Of a DNA stretch of 64,000 nucleotides, positions 16,856 through 27,950 are shown one piece after another. Each line of letters begins with the position of its first letter. Within the stretch, counting starts at the first letter, position 1. The notes below the pieces were generated by a model. The model was given only the letters and a program-made list of their open reading frames with translations, was not told the DNA's origin and did no database searches. The translations under genes and the position numbers were made by a program. This stretch comes from Parcubacteria bacterium DG_74_3 (GTDB lineage Bacteria; Patescibacteriota; Minisyncoccia; Minisyncoccales; DG-74-3): NCBI GenBank assembly GCA_001302985.1, contig LJNG01000002.1, positions 7,164-71,163 of the forward strand, written 5' to 3'.

Positions 16856-17952
16856 GCAAAAAAATGAAAATTGGTATGATGGTGACGGGTCATTTTACCA
16901 TTCCTCCTCCTCAAGGGATAATTTACGCTCCCATGTTTATTGCCGGGGCTGTGGCTGAGGGTTTAACTAAAAAGGGACATGAAATTTACTTTTTTGCCCC
17001 TCAGGGATCAGAACTAAGGGTAACCAAAATGATTTCTGGCAATTTAGAACCTCTTCACGGTTTTTCTGGAAAAAAAGATTTAAAAATTATTTCTAGTCCT
17101 CAGGTCGGAGGAGGAGAAAAGTGTAAAATTTTTAATTTGTGGGACCAATACCTTATTTCTTTAATCTATCAAGAAGCAATAAAGCAAAAGTTGGATATTA
17201 TCCATATTCATCCTGCAGACAGAGCTCTACCTTTTGGTTTGGCTTTCAAAAAAATCCCGATTGTTTATACGCTTCACGATCCGGTATATCACTGGAGAAA
17301 AGAAATATTTCAACTCTTTCAGAGTAAAAACCAATATTTCGTTTCCATATCAAATGCCCAGCGAAAGCCAGCCCCCAATCTAAACTGGATAGCAACAATT
17401 TACAATGGCTTAGATTTAAAGCTTTTTCCTTTTTCGGCTCAACCTAAAAATCAGTGTCTTTTCCTTGGTCGGCTTTTACCAACTAAGGGGGTGGCAGAAG
17501 CCGTAGTAGCTGCTCGAAAAGCAAAACAACCACTAATCATTGCTGGCACTCCCAATACCGGGGATTATTGGGAAAGAAAAATAAAACCCTTCCTGAGCAA
17601 AAATATAAGATATATCGGAAATGTTCCCTATGAAAAAACTTACCAATATTATGGCCAAGCTAAGGTTTTACTCTGTCCCATTCAATGGGAAGAGCCCTTT
17701 GGCTTAACTTTTATTGAAGCTATGGCCTGTGGAACACCGGTAATAGCTTTTGATAGGGGGTCAGCCAGTGAGGTAATAAAAGACGGAAAAACTGGCTTTG
17801 TTATAAAAACAATTGAAGAAATGATTAAAGCCATTAAGAAAGTTGACCAGATTAAAAGAAAGGAGTGCAGGAGCTGGGTGGAGAAAAAATTTAGTTACCA
17901 GAGAATGATAGATGATTATGAGAGGATCTTTCTAAGGATTCTGAAGAAATGA
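16852..17952 (+). CDS. Glycosyltransferase family 4, paralog 3 of 3
   Basis: EPFGLTFIEAMACGTPVIAFDRGSASEVIKDGKTGF. Shared C-terminal block KxECRxWVEKxFSYQRMxDDYE. Confidence 0.75.
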   Translation: MSKKMKIGMMVTGHFTIPPPQGIIYAPMFIAGAVAEGLTKKGHEIYFFAPQGSELRVTKMISGNLEPLHGFSGKKDLKIISSPQVGGGEKCKIFNLWDQYLISLIYQEAIKQKLDIIHIHPADRALPFGLAFKKIPIVYTLHDPVYHWRKEIFQLFQSKNQYFVSISNAQRKPAPNLNWIATIYNGLDLKLFPFSAQPKNQCLFLGRLLPTKGVAEAVVAARKAKQPLIIAGTPNTGDYWERKIKPFLSKNIRYIGNVPYEKTYQYYGQAKVLLCPIQWEEPFGLTFIEAMACGTPVIAFDRGSASEVIKDGKTGFVIKTIEEMIKAIKKVDQIKRKECRSWVEKKFSYQRMIDDYERIFLRILKK

Positions 17953-17953
17953 T

Positions 17954-18916
17954 ATGAAAAATCTAATTCCCAATATTGAGCAAAAAATTAACAAAGTTTT
18001 AAAAGAGTTAAAAATAAAACCCAAAGTTTCACCAAAAGAGTTCATTAAAAAAACGAGGGGGAGAAAACACAGATATTTAGCAATTTGCAGAGATGAAAAA
18101 GGAAAAAAATTGATTTTCTATGCCAGGTTGCACAAAAATCCTGATGCCAGAAGAAAAATGATGGCTGAAATTTTATTTTTGAAAAAATTGAAAGAAAAAG
18201 AAATTGAAATTTCAAAATACATTCCCAAGCTTTATCAGAGCAAAATAGAAAAAGATTTTGAATGGTTTACCAGAGAACATATAACAGGTTTTCTTTTGGG
18301 AACCAACGAACAACTAAAAAGAGACATTAAAAAAGAGGGGTTTTTGCTTTTAGTGAAAGCAATATATCGAATAAAGCAAACTCCTTTTTCGTCATTTAAT
18401 TTAAAAAAATTTTCCGAAAAAAATTATTTCGATTCTCAAGACTCCCTTCCTTTTTTATTGGAAAGAAAAGTTTTGAATAAACAATTAGTTCAAAAAATTA
18501 AAAAAGCTTTTCAAGAAAATGAGAGGTTGCTGAAAAAAGAAAACAGATGCTTTTCTCACGGAGATTTTAATTTGGGAAATCTTATAGTTTCAAGGGGAAG
18601 TCTCAAAATTCTGGACTGGGAATCTATTCAAATCAATAATTTTACTTTTGATATTGCTTATTTTTTTACTCACCTCTGGCAAGCCAAAAAAGAAATTAGA
18701 AGAAAATTAATTCAAAACTATCTTAACCTTCTTTCTCTAAAAGAAAAAATTACCTTTCGTAAGATATTTCCACTGGTGATTTTTTATTTAGCTGTCGGGG
18801 GGATAGAAGCTAAACCAGCTGAAATTCCCCAATCCCTTTTGAAAAAAAGAAGGCAGTTTTTCGAGAAACTGCTTAAAAATGCACCTTTGGGTACTGATAA
18901 TTTAATGAATGTTTAA
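17954..18916 (+). CDS. Phosphotransferase (APH/choline-kinase-like, PF01636) family protein
   Basis: Catalytic HGDFNLGNLIV and a downstream DWE metal-binding motif. Confidence 0.6.
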   Translation: MKNLIPNIEQKINKVLKELKIKPKVSPKEFIKKTRGRKHRYLAICRDEKGKKLIFYARLHKNPDARRKMMAEILFLKKLKEKEIEISKYIPKLYQSKIEKDFEWFTREHITGFLLGTNEQLKRDIKKEGFLLLVKAIYRIKQTPFSSFNLKKFSEKNYFDSQDSLPFLLERKVLNKQLVQKIKKAFQENERLLKKENRCFSHGDFNLGNLIVSRGSLKILDWESIQINNFTFDIAYFFTHLWQAKKEIRRKLIQNYLNLLSLKEKITFRKIFPLVIFYLAVGGIEAKPAEIPQSLLKKRRQFFEKLLKNAPLGTDNLMNV

Positions 18917-20064
18917 GAAAGAAAATTAAGCAGAGCCCCTGATGCCCAAGCCTGAGGATAACAAATGGGCTTTTCCATTTCTAAGATAATATCATTATTC
19001 ACAATGCCGTAAAATTCAGGAAGAAAACCTAATTTTTTATAAACTCGTAAAAGAGCTTTTTTTATTTTTAAATATTCTGTTTTATATCCCAATTTTTTCA
19101 TTCCCTGGGCAATTATCCAGTTGTCGTGGGGCCAAACAGAACCTAAATGAGAAGAATAATGGTCAAAATCTGACTCTTTTGTAGAAAGGGTACGAATTCC
19201 ATATGGGGTCCAGAGGTCCTTTTGAAACAATCTTTTCGCTACTCCGGCCACTTTCCTAGTTTCTACAATACCTGTAAACAATAAATGGCCAGGATTTGAA
19301 GTGATTGTTTTTTTTTGCTTTTTATTTTTATCGAGAGCTAAGGCAAAATATTTTTCTTTTTTCATCCAAAATCTTTCATTAAATCTCTTTTTAAGATTTT
19401 CGGCTCTCAGGATCAAAGCTTTTTCCAATTTTCTATCGCTTAAAGTCCTTGAAAGTTTAGCTATCTTTTTTAAAGCTAAATACTGATAACCCTGAACTTC
19501 AACAATAGCTACTGGAGGAGAAATTTTCAAATGATTTTTCAGACTATCTTTCCAGCCCTGATGAAAGAGTCCTTTTGGATTTTCTCTTTTATATTCTAAA
19601 AATAAATCATTATCTTTATCCCCGTAATTTATGAGCCAGTTTAAAGAAGATAAAACATTTGGCCAATATTTTTTTAAAAATTTTCTATCTTTAGTTTTTC
19701 TAAAATAGAAAGAAAAAAGAATTAAAAACCAGAGGGTAGAATCTACAGAGCCATAATAAGGAAAGAGAAGATTGGGAATTTCTGGATTAAATTTCTTTTT
19801 CAAACCGGTTTCGTGTAAAATCTTCCCTGGCTCTTCTTCGTTGTCTTTATTGGTTTTCTTACCCTGAAGTTTGGCTAAAATTTCTAATGTTTTTTGGCAG
19901 ATTTTTGAGTCAATATTTAAAAGTTGCCAGGAAACAATTAAAGAATCGCGACCAAAAAGCCGGTTATATCTTGGCAAACCGGCTCTTATAAATCCCCTTT
20001 CATCCCTTAATTGGGCAATTTCTTTGAACAATCGTTTTTTAATGGCTACTGTTTTATTTTTCAC
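18913..20064 (-). CDS. (alpha/alpha)6-barrel glycoside hydrolase, glycogen-debranching-enzyme C-terminal-like (amylo-alpha-1,6-glucosidase family)
   Basis: FGRDSLI motif and GDE_C-like sequence. Apparent GTG start overlapping the next gene's stop. Confidence 0.5.
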   Translation of the reverse strand: MKNKTVAIKKRLFKEIAQLRDERGFIRAGLPRYNRLFGRDSLIVSWQLLNIDSKICQKTLEILAKLQGKKTNKDNEEEPGKILHETGLKKKFNPEIPNLLFPYYGSVDSTLWFLILFSFYFRKTKDRKFLKKYWPNVLSSLNWLINYGDKDNDLFLEYKRENPKGLFHQGWKDSLKNHLKISPPVAIVEVQGYQYLALKKIAKLSRTLSDRKLEKALILRAENLKKRFNERFWMKKEKYFALALDKNKKQKKTITSNPGHLLFTGIVETRKVAGVAKRLFQKDLWTPYGIRTLSTKESDFDHYSSHLGSVWPHDNWIIAQGMKKLGYKTEYLKIKKALLRVYKKLGFLPEFYGIVNNDIILEMEKPICYPQAWASGALLNFLS

Positions 20065-20627
20065 TTTTGAGATTTTTTACTCCTTGAGAAATTAGCAACC
20101 TTTGTGATTTGGCCGTTGGGGATATAATGAATTGCACCTGTGGAGTCTTCAAGGACTGTGCGTCTTAGGTTCAAATTTTTAACTTTTCCCTGAATACCCA
20201 CGAGATTCACCTTTTCACCCACACGGTATTGGTCTTCAAGCAAAATAAAAAGGCCTGATATATAATCTCGAATCAAACTGCTGGAAGCCATACCAACCGC
20301 CAAACCTACGATACCAGAACCTGCCAAAAGCGGGGTAGTATTGATTCCAAATTCGGGCAGAATCATAAAGAGAGCTGTTAGCCAAATTACGACACTGACA
20401 ATTGAAATGAAAACTCCTTCAAGGGTTTTTTCTCTTTGCTTTAAAATCTCTTCATCTACTATTCCTTTAATCCTAGAACCCTCCTTGGCTAAAGGTCTTA
20501 TTAGTTTGCGAATTAAAATGTTAGCAAGTTGAGAGGCTAAGCAAGCAACAATTAAGACAAGAGCAACTTTAATCCCTCGAGATAAAATCCAGAGAATAAA
20601 AATTTGAAAGAAGTTTTGATAATCCAT
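20061..20627 (-). CDS. Small MscS-like mechanosensitive channel family protein
   Basis: TM helices followed by the MscS beta-domain (GEKVNLVGIQGKVKNLNLRRTVLEDSTGAIHYIPNGQI). Confidence 0.6.
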   Translation of the reverse strand: MDYQNFFQIFILWILSRGIKVALVLIVACLASQLANILIRKLIRPLAKEGSRIKGIVDEEILKQREKTLEGVFISIVSVVIWLTALFMILPEFGINTTPLLAGSGIVGLAVGMASSSLIRDYISGLFILLEDQYRVGEKVNLVGIQGKVKNLNLRRTVLEDSTGAIHYIPNGQITKVANFSRSKKSQK

Positions 20628-20649
20628 ATTTTTAAATTAATTTTTCTAG

Positions 20650-20735
20650 CGGAGAGGGCGGGACTCGAACCCACAAGGGGATTACTCCCCACAGCTTCTC
20701 CAGAGCTGCGCCTTGCCAATTCGGCACACCTCTCC
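20650..20735 (-). tRNA. tRNA-Ser (anticodon GGA), long variable arm
   Basis: Manual fold: acceptor GGAGAGG/CCTCTCC, 3-bp D stem, anticodon stem CAGCT/AGCTG with loop CTGGAGA, variable arm GGGGAG-taa-TCCCC, T-arm GTGGG-TTCGAGT-CCCGC. Confidence 0.85.
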
Positions 20736-20786
20736 TAACTTCTTTTTAAATTCTACTAAAAATTGAGGTTTTTGCCAATAATAAAC

Positions 20787-20815
20787 GCTTGGTCGGGATA
20801 ATATCCCGACCAGCT
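20787..20815 (-). terminator. Hairpin GGTCGGGAT-aat-ATCCCGACC downstream of groEL; likely operon terminator
   Basis: 9-bp perfect stem at 20791-20811. A U-rich tract follows on the minus strand. Confidence 0.4.
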
Positions 20816-20860
20816 AATCTCTAATGAATCAGAGAAAAATTTTTAGATTTCACTATTTTA

Positions 20861-22796
<1,936 letters not shown>

Positions 22797-22812
22797 ATCT
22801 TTGATAGATTGT

Positions 22813-22839
22813 TTAGCAAACGCGACCTTTGATTGCTAA
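22813..22839. promoter_or_regulatory. CIRCE-like inverted repeat TTAGCAAAC-N9-GATTGCTAA (HrcA operator-like) upstream of groES
   Basis: 9-bp imperfect IR with an exact 9-nt spacer. Compare CIRCE consensus TTAGCACTC-N9-GAGTGCTAA. Lies between the candidate promoter and the groES start. Confidence 0.4.
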
Positions 22840-22851
22840 TTACTATAAGGC

Positions 22852-22880
22852 ATCTTACTAATGCCCTTACAAAATGTCAA
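22852..22880 (-). promoter_or_regulatory. Putative sigma-70 promoter TTGACA-17-TAAGAT for groES-groEL
   Basis: Read on the minus strand. Confidence 0.4.
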
Positions 22881-22932
22881 GATTTTTTTACCTTATTTTT
22901 AATGATTTCTTGTTATATACTCCAGAAATTCG

Positions 22933-25854
22933 TCAAGTTTCTCTGAGGACCCTTTTTAAATATTGGCCGGTGTAACTTTTTTTATTTTTAGAAATTTCAA
23001 AAGGATTCCCCGTAGCTACAATATACCCCCCCTCCTCTCCTCCTTCAGGTCCCAGGTCAATTATCCAATCGGTGTTTTTAATAACGTCTAAGTTATGTTC
23101 GATTATTAAAACCGTATTTCCCCTGTCTACCAATCTTCTTAAAACTAAAACGAGTCTTTTGATGTCGTCTGGGTGTAATCCGGTAGTGGGTTCATCTAAA
23201 ATATAGAGGGTGGCTCCGGTTGCTTTTTTTGAAAGTTCAGTGGCTAACTTCACTCTTTGAGCTTCTCCACCTGATAAAGAGGGGGCAGATTGCCCGAGTT
23301 GTAAATAACCCAAGCCCACATCGCTTAATGTTTTCAATTTTTGAAAAAGAGGAGGTATATTTTTGAAAAACTCAAGAGATTCTTCGATAGTCATATCTAG
23401 AACCTCAGAAATATTTTTGCCTTTATATTCAATAGTTAAAGTCTCTTTATTGTATCTTTTTCCTTTGCAGTCCTGACATTTTACATAAACATCTGGCAAA
23501 AAATACATCTCAATTTTAATTTCTCCCTGACCCTGACAGGTCTCGCATCTTCCTCCCTTAACATTAAAGGAAAATCGTCCGGGCTTATACCCTCGAATTC
23601 TAGCTTCTTTGGTTTTGGAAAAAAGACTTCTTATATGAGAAAAGGCTCCGGTGTAGGTAGCTGGGTTTGACCTCGGCGTTCGACCAATGGGAGATTGGTC
23701 TACTAAAACTACTTTATTGAGACGTTCTGTGCCTAAAATGGCATCGTGCTTGCCAGGTTCTTCTTTAGAGTGATAAAATTTTCTCATTAAAGCTTTGGCT
23801 AAAATATCATCCATTAAAGATGATTTACCGGAACCTGAAACTCCGGTAATACAGACAAAATTTCCCAGGGGAATTTTGACATCAATGTTTTTCAAATTAT
23901 GTTCTTTTGCTCCTTTTATGATTAGGTGCTTTTGATTTTTCTCTCTGGGGTTTTTCTTTTGATTGCTTTTTTCTTTTTCTGTTTCTACTTTTTTCTTGCC
24001 TGACAAATATTGGCCAGTAAGGTTTTTGGATTTCAGAAGTTTTTTTGGGGTTCCTTCAAAAGTAATTCGTCCTCCATTTTTTCCTGCCCCCGGGCCAATA
24101 TCAACTACCCAATCGGCATTTAAAATAGTCTGGGGATCATGTTCTACAACCACAATAGTATTGCCGAGGTCTCTTAATTTCTTTAAGGTTTTGATTAATT
24201 GGCCCTGGTCTCGAGAATGGAGACCTACTGAGGGCTCATCTAAAATATATAAGACTCCAGTTAATTTGGAGCCTATTTGGGTAGCCAACCTTATTCTTTG
24301 TTCTTCGCCGCCAGCTAAAGTATCTGCTCTTCTATCTAAAGTAAGATAGCTTAAGCCCACATCAATCAGAAATTGAAGACGATTAATGATTTCTTTGATA
24401 ATGGGTTGAGTAATTTTATAGGTGCTAGAATTGAAATTAGTAAATTTAGAATTAAGTAGCTTTTCAAAAAATTGCTGGGCTTTGTTGGCAGGAAGTGCCA
24501 CTATGTTATCAATTGATTGGTCGTTTATGATAACGGCCAAGGCTTCGGGTCTTAGTCTTTTTCCCTGACATTGCTCGCATTTTTTTACAACCATATATTT
24601 TTCAATTTCAGCCCTGGTATGTTCTGAATCTGTCTCGTGATAGCGTCTTTCTAAAGAAGGGATTACTCCTTCGAAATCTCCTTTTTTATCTCCATATAAA
24701 ATTAAATCGATGATTTTAGAAGAAAGTTCTTTAACCGAAACATCTAAAGAAAAATTGCGCTCTTGCGCCAATTCTAATAACTGCCACCAGAAATAGCCCT
24801 GGCGCCCAATTTTATGAGAAGCATGCGCCCAGGGGAAAATTGCCCCCTCGGCTATTGATAAATTGAGATTGGGAATAACTTGCTTGGGATCAACTTCTAA
24901 TCTTTCTCCCAGTCCCTGACAGACCGGGCAAGCTCCGTGGGGTGAATTAAAAGAGAAAAAACGAGGTTCTAACTCAGGGAGAGAAATGCCGCATTCTTCG
25001 CAGGCAAAATGCTCGCTGAAAATCAAATCCTCTCCCCTTTTTTTGAATTTTTTCATTGGAAATTTAGGGTTTACAATAACTATGCCTTTACCCAATTTCA
25101 ATCCGGTCTCTAAGGAATCAACCAGTCTGGATTTATCTAAATTTTTATCAATCACCAACCTATCAACCACTACCTCAATATTATGTTTTTTGTATCTATC
25201 TAAAGTAATCCCCCGACTCCAGACACCTCTGGTTTCTGATACTTGCCCAGCTCGCTCTTTTTCCACCACCGGGGATTCGATAATATCTTCTACCCGATGA
25301 ATTATGCTGTTAATTCTCACCCTTACAAAGCCTGCTCTTTGGATTTCTTCTAAAATTCCACGATGCTCTCCTTTTTTACCCCTGATAACCGGGCCTAAAA
25401 TTGTAATCTCGCTTCCTAGGGGTAGGTTTAAAACCTGTTCTGTAATTTGGTCAATTGTCTGACGAGAAATTTTCTTACCACATTTCGGACAGTGAGGGAT
25501 TCCTATTCTGGAAAACAAAAGTCTTAAATAATCATAAATTTCAGTAATTGTTCCAACTGTTGAGCGGGGGTTGTGGGCAGCCTTTCTTTGGTCAATAGCA
25601 ATGGCCGGAGATATGCCCTCAATTGAATCTACGTCTGGTTTATCCATCACCCCTAAAAATTGTCTGGCATAAGCAGATAGGCTTTCAACATATCTCCTTT
25701 GACCTTCGGCATAAAGAGTATCAAAGGCTAAAGAAGATTTTCCAGAACCTGAAATACCGGTAATTACTACGAATTTATTTTTGGGAATATCAACATCAAT
25801 ATTCTTGAGATTATGAACTCTGGCTTTTCGAATTTTGATAAAGTCTTGAGCCAT
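22933..25854 (-). CDS. uvrA: Excinuclease ABC subunit A
   Basis: Two ABC modules ([18 protein letters not shown]), zinc-finger Cys pairs, LSGGE signatures. Likely start MAQDF at 25854; the ORF track extends to 25890. Confidence 0.95.
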   Translation of the reverse strand: MAQDFIKIRKARVHNLKNIDVDIPKNKFVVITGISGSGKSSLAFDTLYAEGQRRYVESLSAYARQFLGVMDKPDVDSIEGISPAIAIDQRKAAHNPRSTVGTITEIYDYLRLLFSRIGIPHCPKCGKKISRQTIDQITEQVLNLPLGSEITILGPVIRGKKGEHRGILEEIQRAGFVRVRINSIIHRVEDIIESPVVEKERAGQVSETRGVWSRGITLDRYKKHNIEVVVDRLVIDKNLDKSRLVDSLETGLKLGKGIVIVNPKFPMKKFKKRGEDLIFSEHFACEECGISLPELEPRFFSFNSPHGACPVCQGLGERLEVDPKQVIPNLNLSIAEGAIFPWAHASHKIGRQGYFWWQLLELAQERNFSLDVSVKELSSKIIDLILYGDKKGDFEGVIPSLERRYHETDSEHTRAEIEKYMVVKKCEQCQGKRLRPEALAVIINDQSIDNIVALPANKAQQFFEKLLNSKFTNFNSSTYKITQPIIKEIINRLQFLIDVGLSYLTLDRRADTLAGGEEQRIRLATQIGSKLTGVLYILDEPSVGLHSRDQGQLIKTLKKLRDLGNTIVVVEHDPQTILNADWVVDIGPGAGKNGGRITFEGTPKKLLKSKNLTGQYLSGKKKVETEKEKSNQKKNPREKNQKHLIIKGAKEHNLKNIDVKIPLGNFVCITGVSGSGKSSLMDDILAKALMRKFYHSKEEPGKHDAILGTERLNKVVLVDQSPIGRTPRSNPATYTGAFSHIRSLFSKTKEARIRGYKPGRFSFNVKGGRCETCQGQGEIKIEMYFLPDVYVKCQDCKGKRYNKETLTIEYKGKNISEVLDMTIEESLEFFKNIPPLFQKLKTLSDVGLGYLQLGQSAPSLSGGEAQRVKLATELSKKATGATLYILDEPTTGLHPDDIKRLVLVLRRLVDRGNTVLIIEHNLDVIKNTDWIIDLGPEGGEEGGYIVATGNPFEISKNKKSYTGQYLKRVLRET

Positions 25855-25960
25855 AACAATTATTATACTTTTTCTTTTGAAAAAATTCAACCCTTTATCT
25901 TTAACTTGAAAGAATAGTATTTCAAAAATTTTAAAGAATATAATATGATAATTTAGTAAG

Positions 25961-27268
25961 ATGGAATTTAAATTTGTATCAATCCCTCGACCGCGCTCGG
26001 GATTGAAGCTGAGCCTGTCGAGGGCGTCAAAAGATAAAATTTTGCAACTTCCCCAAGGGGCTGGTGTCTATGCTTTTGTAGCGGAAAAAGATTTTTTTTA
26101 TATTGGGAAAGCTTCTAACCTTAGAGAAAGAGTCCAAAGTCATTTTCAAAATAAAACCTTTCGGGACAATCTCTTTATCGATAAAGTTAAAAAAATAGGT
26201 TGGATTTCAACAAGTTCAGAGATTGAAGCTCTTGTTTTAGAAGCTCAGTTAATTAAAAATTATAAGCCAAAATATAATATTCTTTGGCGGGATGACAAAA
26301 ACTTCTTTTTTGTCGCCGTAACAAAAGAAAACTTCCCAAGAGTTTTTTTGACTCACCAAACCGGATTTAAAAATCAAAAGGTAAAGTTCAAAACTAATTT
26401 CATTGGGCCTTTTGTGGATGGTCGAGCATTAAAAGCTACCCTGAAAATTTTAAGAAAAGTTTTTCCTTATTATTCAAGCAAAAAACATCCTAAGAAACTT
26501 TGTTCTTGGTGTCATTTGGGGCTTTGTCCGGGGCCAAATCCTAATAAAAAAGAGTATCGCAAGAATATTAAAAATTTAATGGCTGTTTTGAGGGGAAAGA
26601 ATAAATCGGTTTTAAAAAGTTTAAAAAAAGAAATGAAAGAAACTGCCTTTTCTCAAAATTATGAGAGAGCAGCTAAGATCCGCGACCAAATTATAGCGCT
26701 GGAAAAAATTTTGGCTCATGCCAGAATTTTTGAGCCGCAACCTGAAATTTTGATTCCCTGGGATAACCTCCAAGCAATCCTTCAAAAAATATTAAAAACT
26801 CAAAAACAGATTAAGCGAATAGAAGCTTACGACGTCTCAAATATTCAGGGTCAAAAAGCAACCGGTTCGATGATTACTTTTATTGAGGGTATACCCGCTA
26901 AAAACTTTTATCGAAAATTCAAAATAAAGGCCGAGGGAAGGGCAAATGATGTGGGAATGATAAAAGAAGTTTTAACCAGAAGGCTTGGGCATAACGAATG
27001 GCCCTTTCCAGATTTAATCTTAATTGATGGAGGGAAATCACAGTTAAAAGCTGTTCAAGCAATTGTTCGCAAAGAAAAATTAACAATTCCGGTTATGGCT
27101 TTGGCTAAAAGAAAAAATGAATTATTTATTGAGAAAGGAAAAAATCCTATTTTGTTAAAAAGCCTTCCCAGAGAAATTTTTAATTTAGTTTTACAACTTC
27201 GAGACGAGGCCCACCGATTTGCTATAGAATATCACCGAAAATTAAGAAGAAGTATCTTGCTAAAATAA
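25961..27268 (+). CDS. uvrC: Excinuclease ABC subunit C, short form (435 aa)
   Basis: GIY-YIG (GVYAFV...[16 protein letters not shown]), UvrB-interaction region ([14 protein letters not shown]), RNase H-like [11 protein letters not shown]. No C-terminal HhH segment apparent. Confidence 0.85.
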   Translation: MEFKFVSIPRPRSGLKLSLSRASKDKILQLPQGAGVYAFVAEKDFFYIGKASNLRERVQSHFQNKTFRDNLFIDKVKKIGWISTSSEIEALVLEAQLIKNYKPKYNILWRDDKNFFFVAVTKENFPRVFLTHQTGFKNQKVKFKTNFIGPFVDGRALKATLKILRKVFPYYSSKKHPKKLCSWCHLGLCPGPNPNKKEYRKNIKNLMAVLRGKNKSVLKSLKKEMKETAFSQNYERAAKIRDQIIALEKILAHARIFEPQPEILIPWDNLQAILQKILKTQKQIKRIEAYDVSNIQGQKATGSMITFIEGIPAKNFYRKFKIKAEGRANDVGMIKEVLTRRLGHNEWPFPDLILIDGGKSQLKAVQAIVRKEKLTIPVMALAKRKNELFIEKGKNPILLKSLPREIFNLVLQLRDEAHRFAIEYHRKLRRSILLK

Positions 27269-27293
27269 TTTACTTTTGCTATCCTGAAATATC

Positions 27294-27680
27294 GTGCTCA
27301 ATCGATTAATTCTTCAAATCATTGCCGGTATTTTAGGCCTTTGGCTGGCGACCCAGTTCATTCCCGGAGTAACCTTAGAGGTTTTTCCGGGACAATCTGC
27401 TTTTTTAGGCATAGAATTTGCTGAAAAATGGCAAGTTTTCCTTTTGGTTGGTTCAACCTTGGGCCTGGTGAATTTTTTTATAAAGCCTGTTTTAAAAGTA
27501 ATTACCTTACCCTTAAGAATATTAACCTTTGGGATTTTTGGTTTGGTAATCAATATGATGGTGGTCTGGATAGTAGATGTTGTGTTTCCTGAATTGACCA
27601 TCCTTGGCCTTTTATCGCTTTTTTTGACAACCATTATTATTTGGGGAATAAGTTTTATTCTGGGGGTCTATAAAGCCTAA
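27294..27680 (+). CDS. Four-TM membrane protein of the DUF360 / phage-holin-4_2 family
   Basis: 128 aa with the characteristic LWLA..IPG...F ... LP..ILTFG.F.LVIN pattern. GTG start. Confidence 0.6.
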   Translation: MLNRLILQIIAGILGLWLATQFIPGVTLEVFPGQSAFLGIEFAEKWQVFLLVGSTLGLVNFFIKPVLKVITLPLRILTFGIFGLVINMMVVWIVDVVFPELTILGLLSLFLTTIIIWGISFILGVYKA

Positions 27681-27730
27681 AGGGAGCTCACAAATTCTTA
27701 GAACCTGAAAAAAAATTTAAAACTAAACTA

Positions 27731-27946
27731 ATGAAAGAATATTTACCAATAGCTCAAATTATTGCTTCGGCATTATTAATTGTCTTCATTCTATTACAAC
27801 AAAGAGGGACGACCTTAGGCTCTCCATTTGGAGGAGAGGGAGGTTTTTATTCTACCCTGCGGGGTTTTCAGAAAAAAATTTTCTGGCTAACTATAATTTT
27901 CGGAGCCTTATTTTTGGTTTTAGCCTTGCTCAATCTTGTTGTTTAA
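27731..27946 (+). CDS. secG: Preprotein translocase subunit SecG
   Basis: 71 aa; LLQQRG..LGSPFGGEGG...RG pattern between two TM helices. Confidence 0.7.
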   Translation: MKEYLPIAQIIASALLIVFILLQQRGTTLGSPFGGEGGFYSTLRGFQKKIFWLTIIFGALFLVLALLNLVV

Positions 27947-27950
27947 AATT

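Noticed and set aside
23963-25300. Plus-strand ORFs antisense to uvrA (23963..24349, 24986..25300)
   Set aside because: Antisense to a complete uvrA; spurious.
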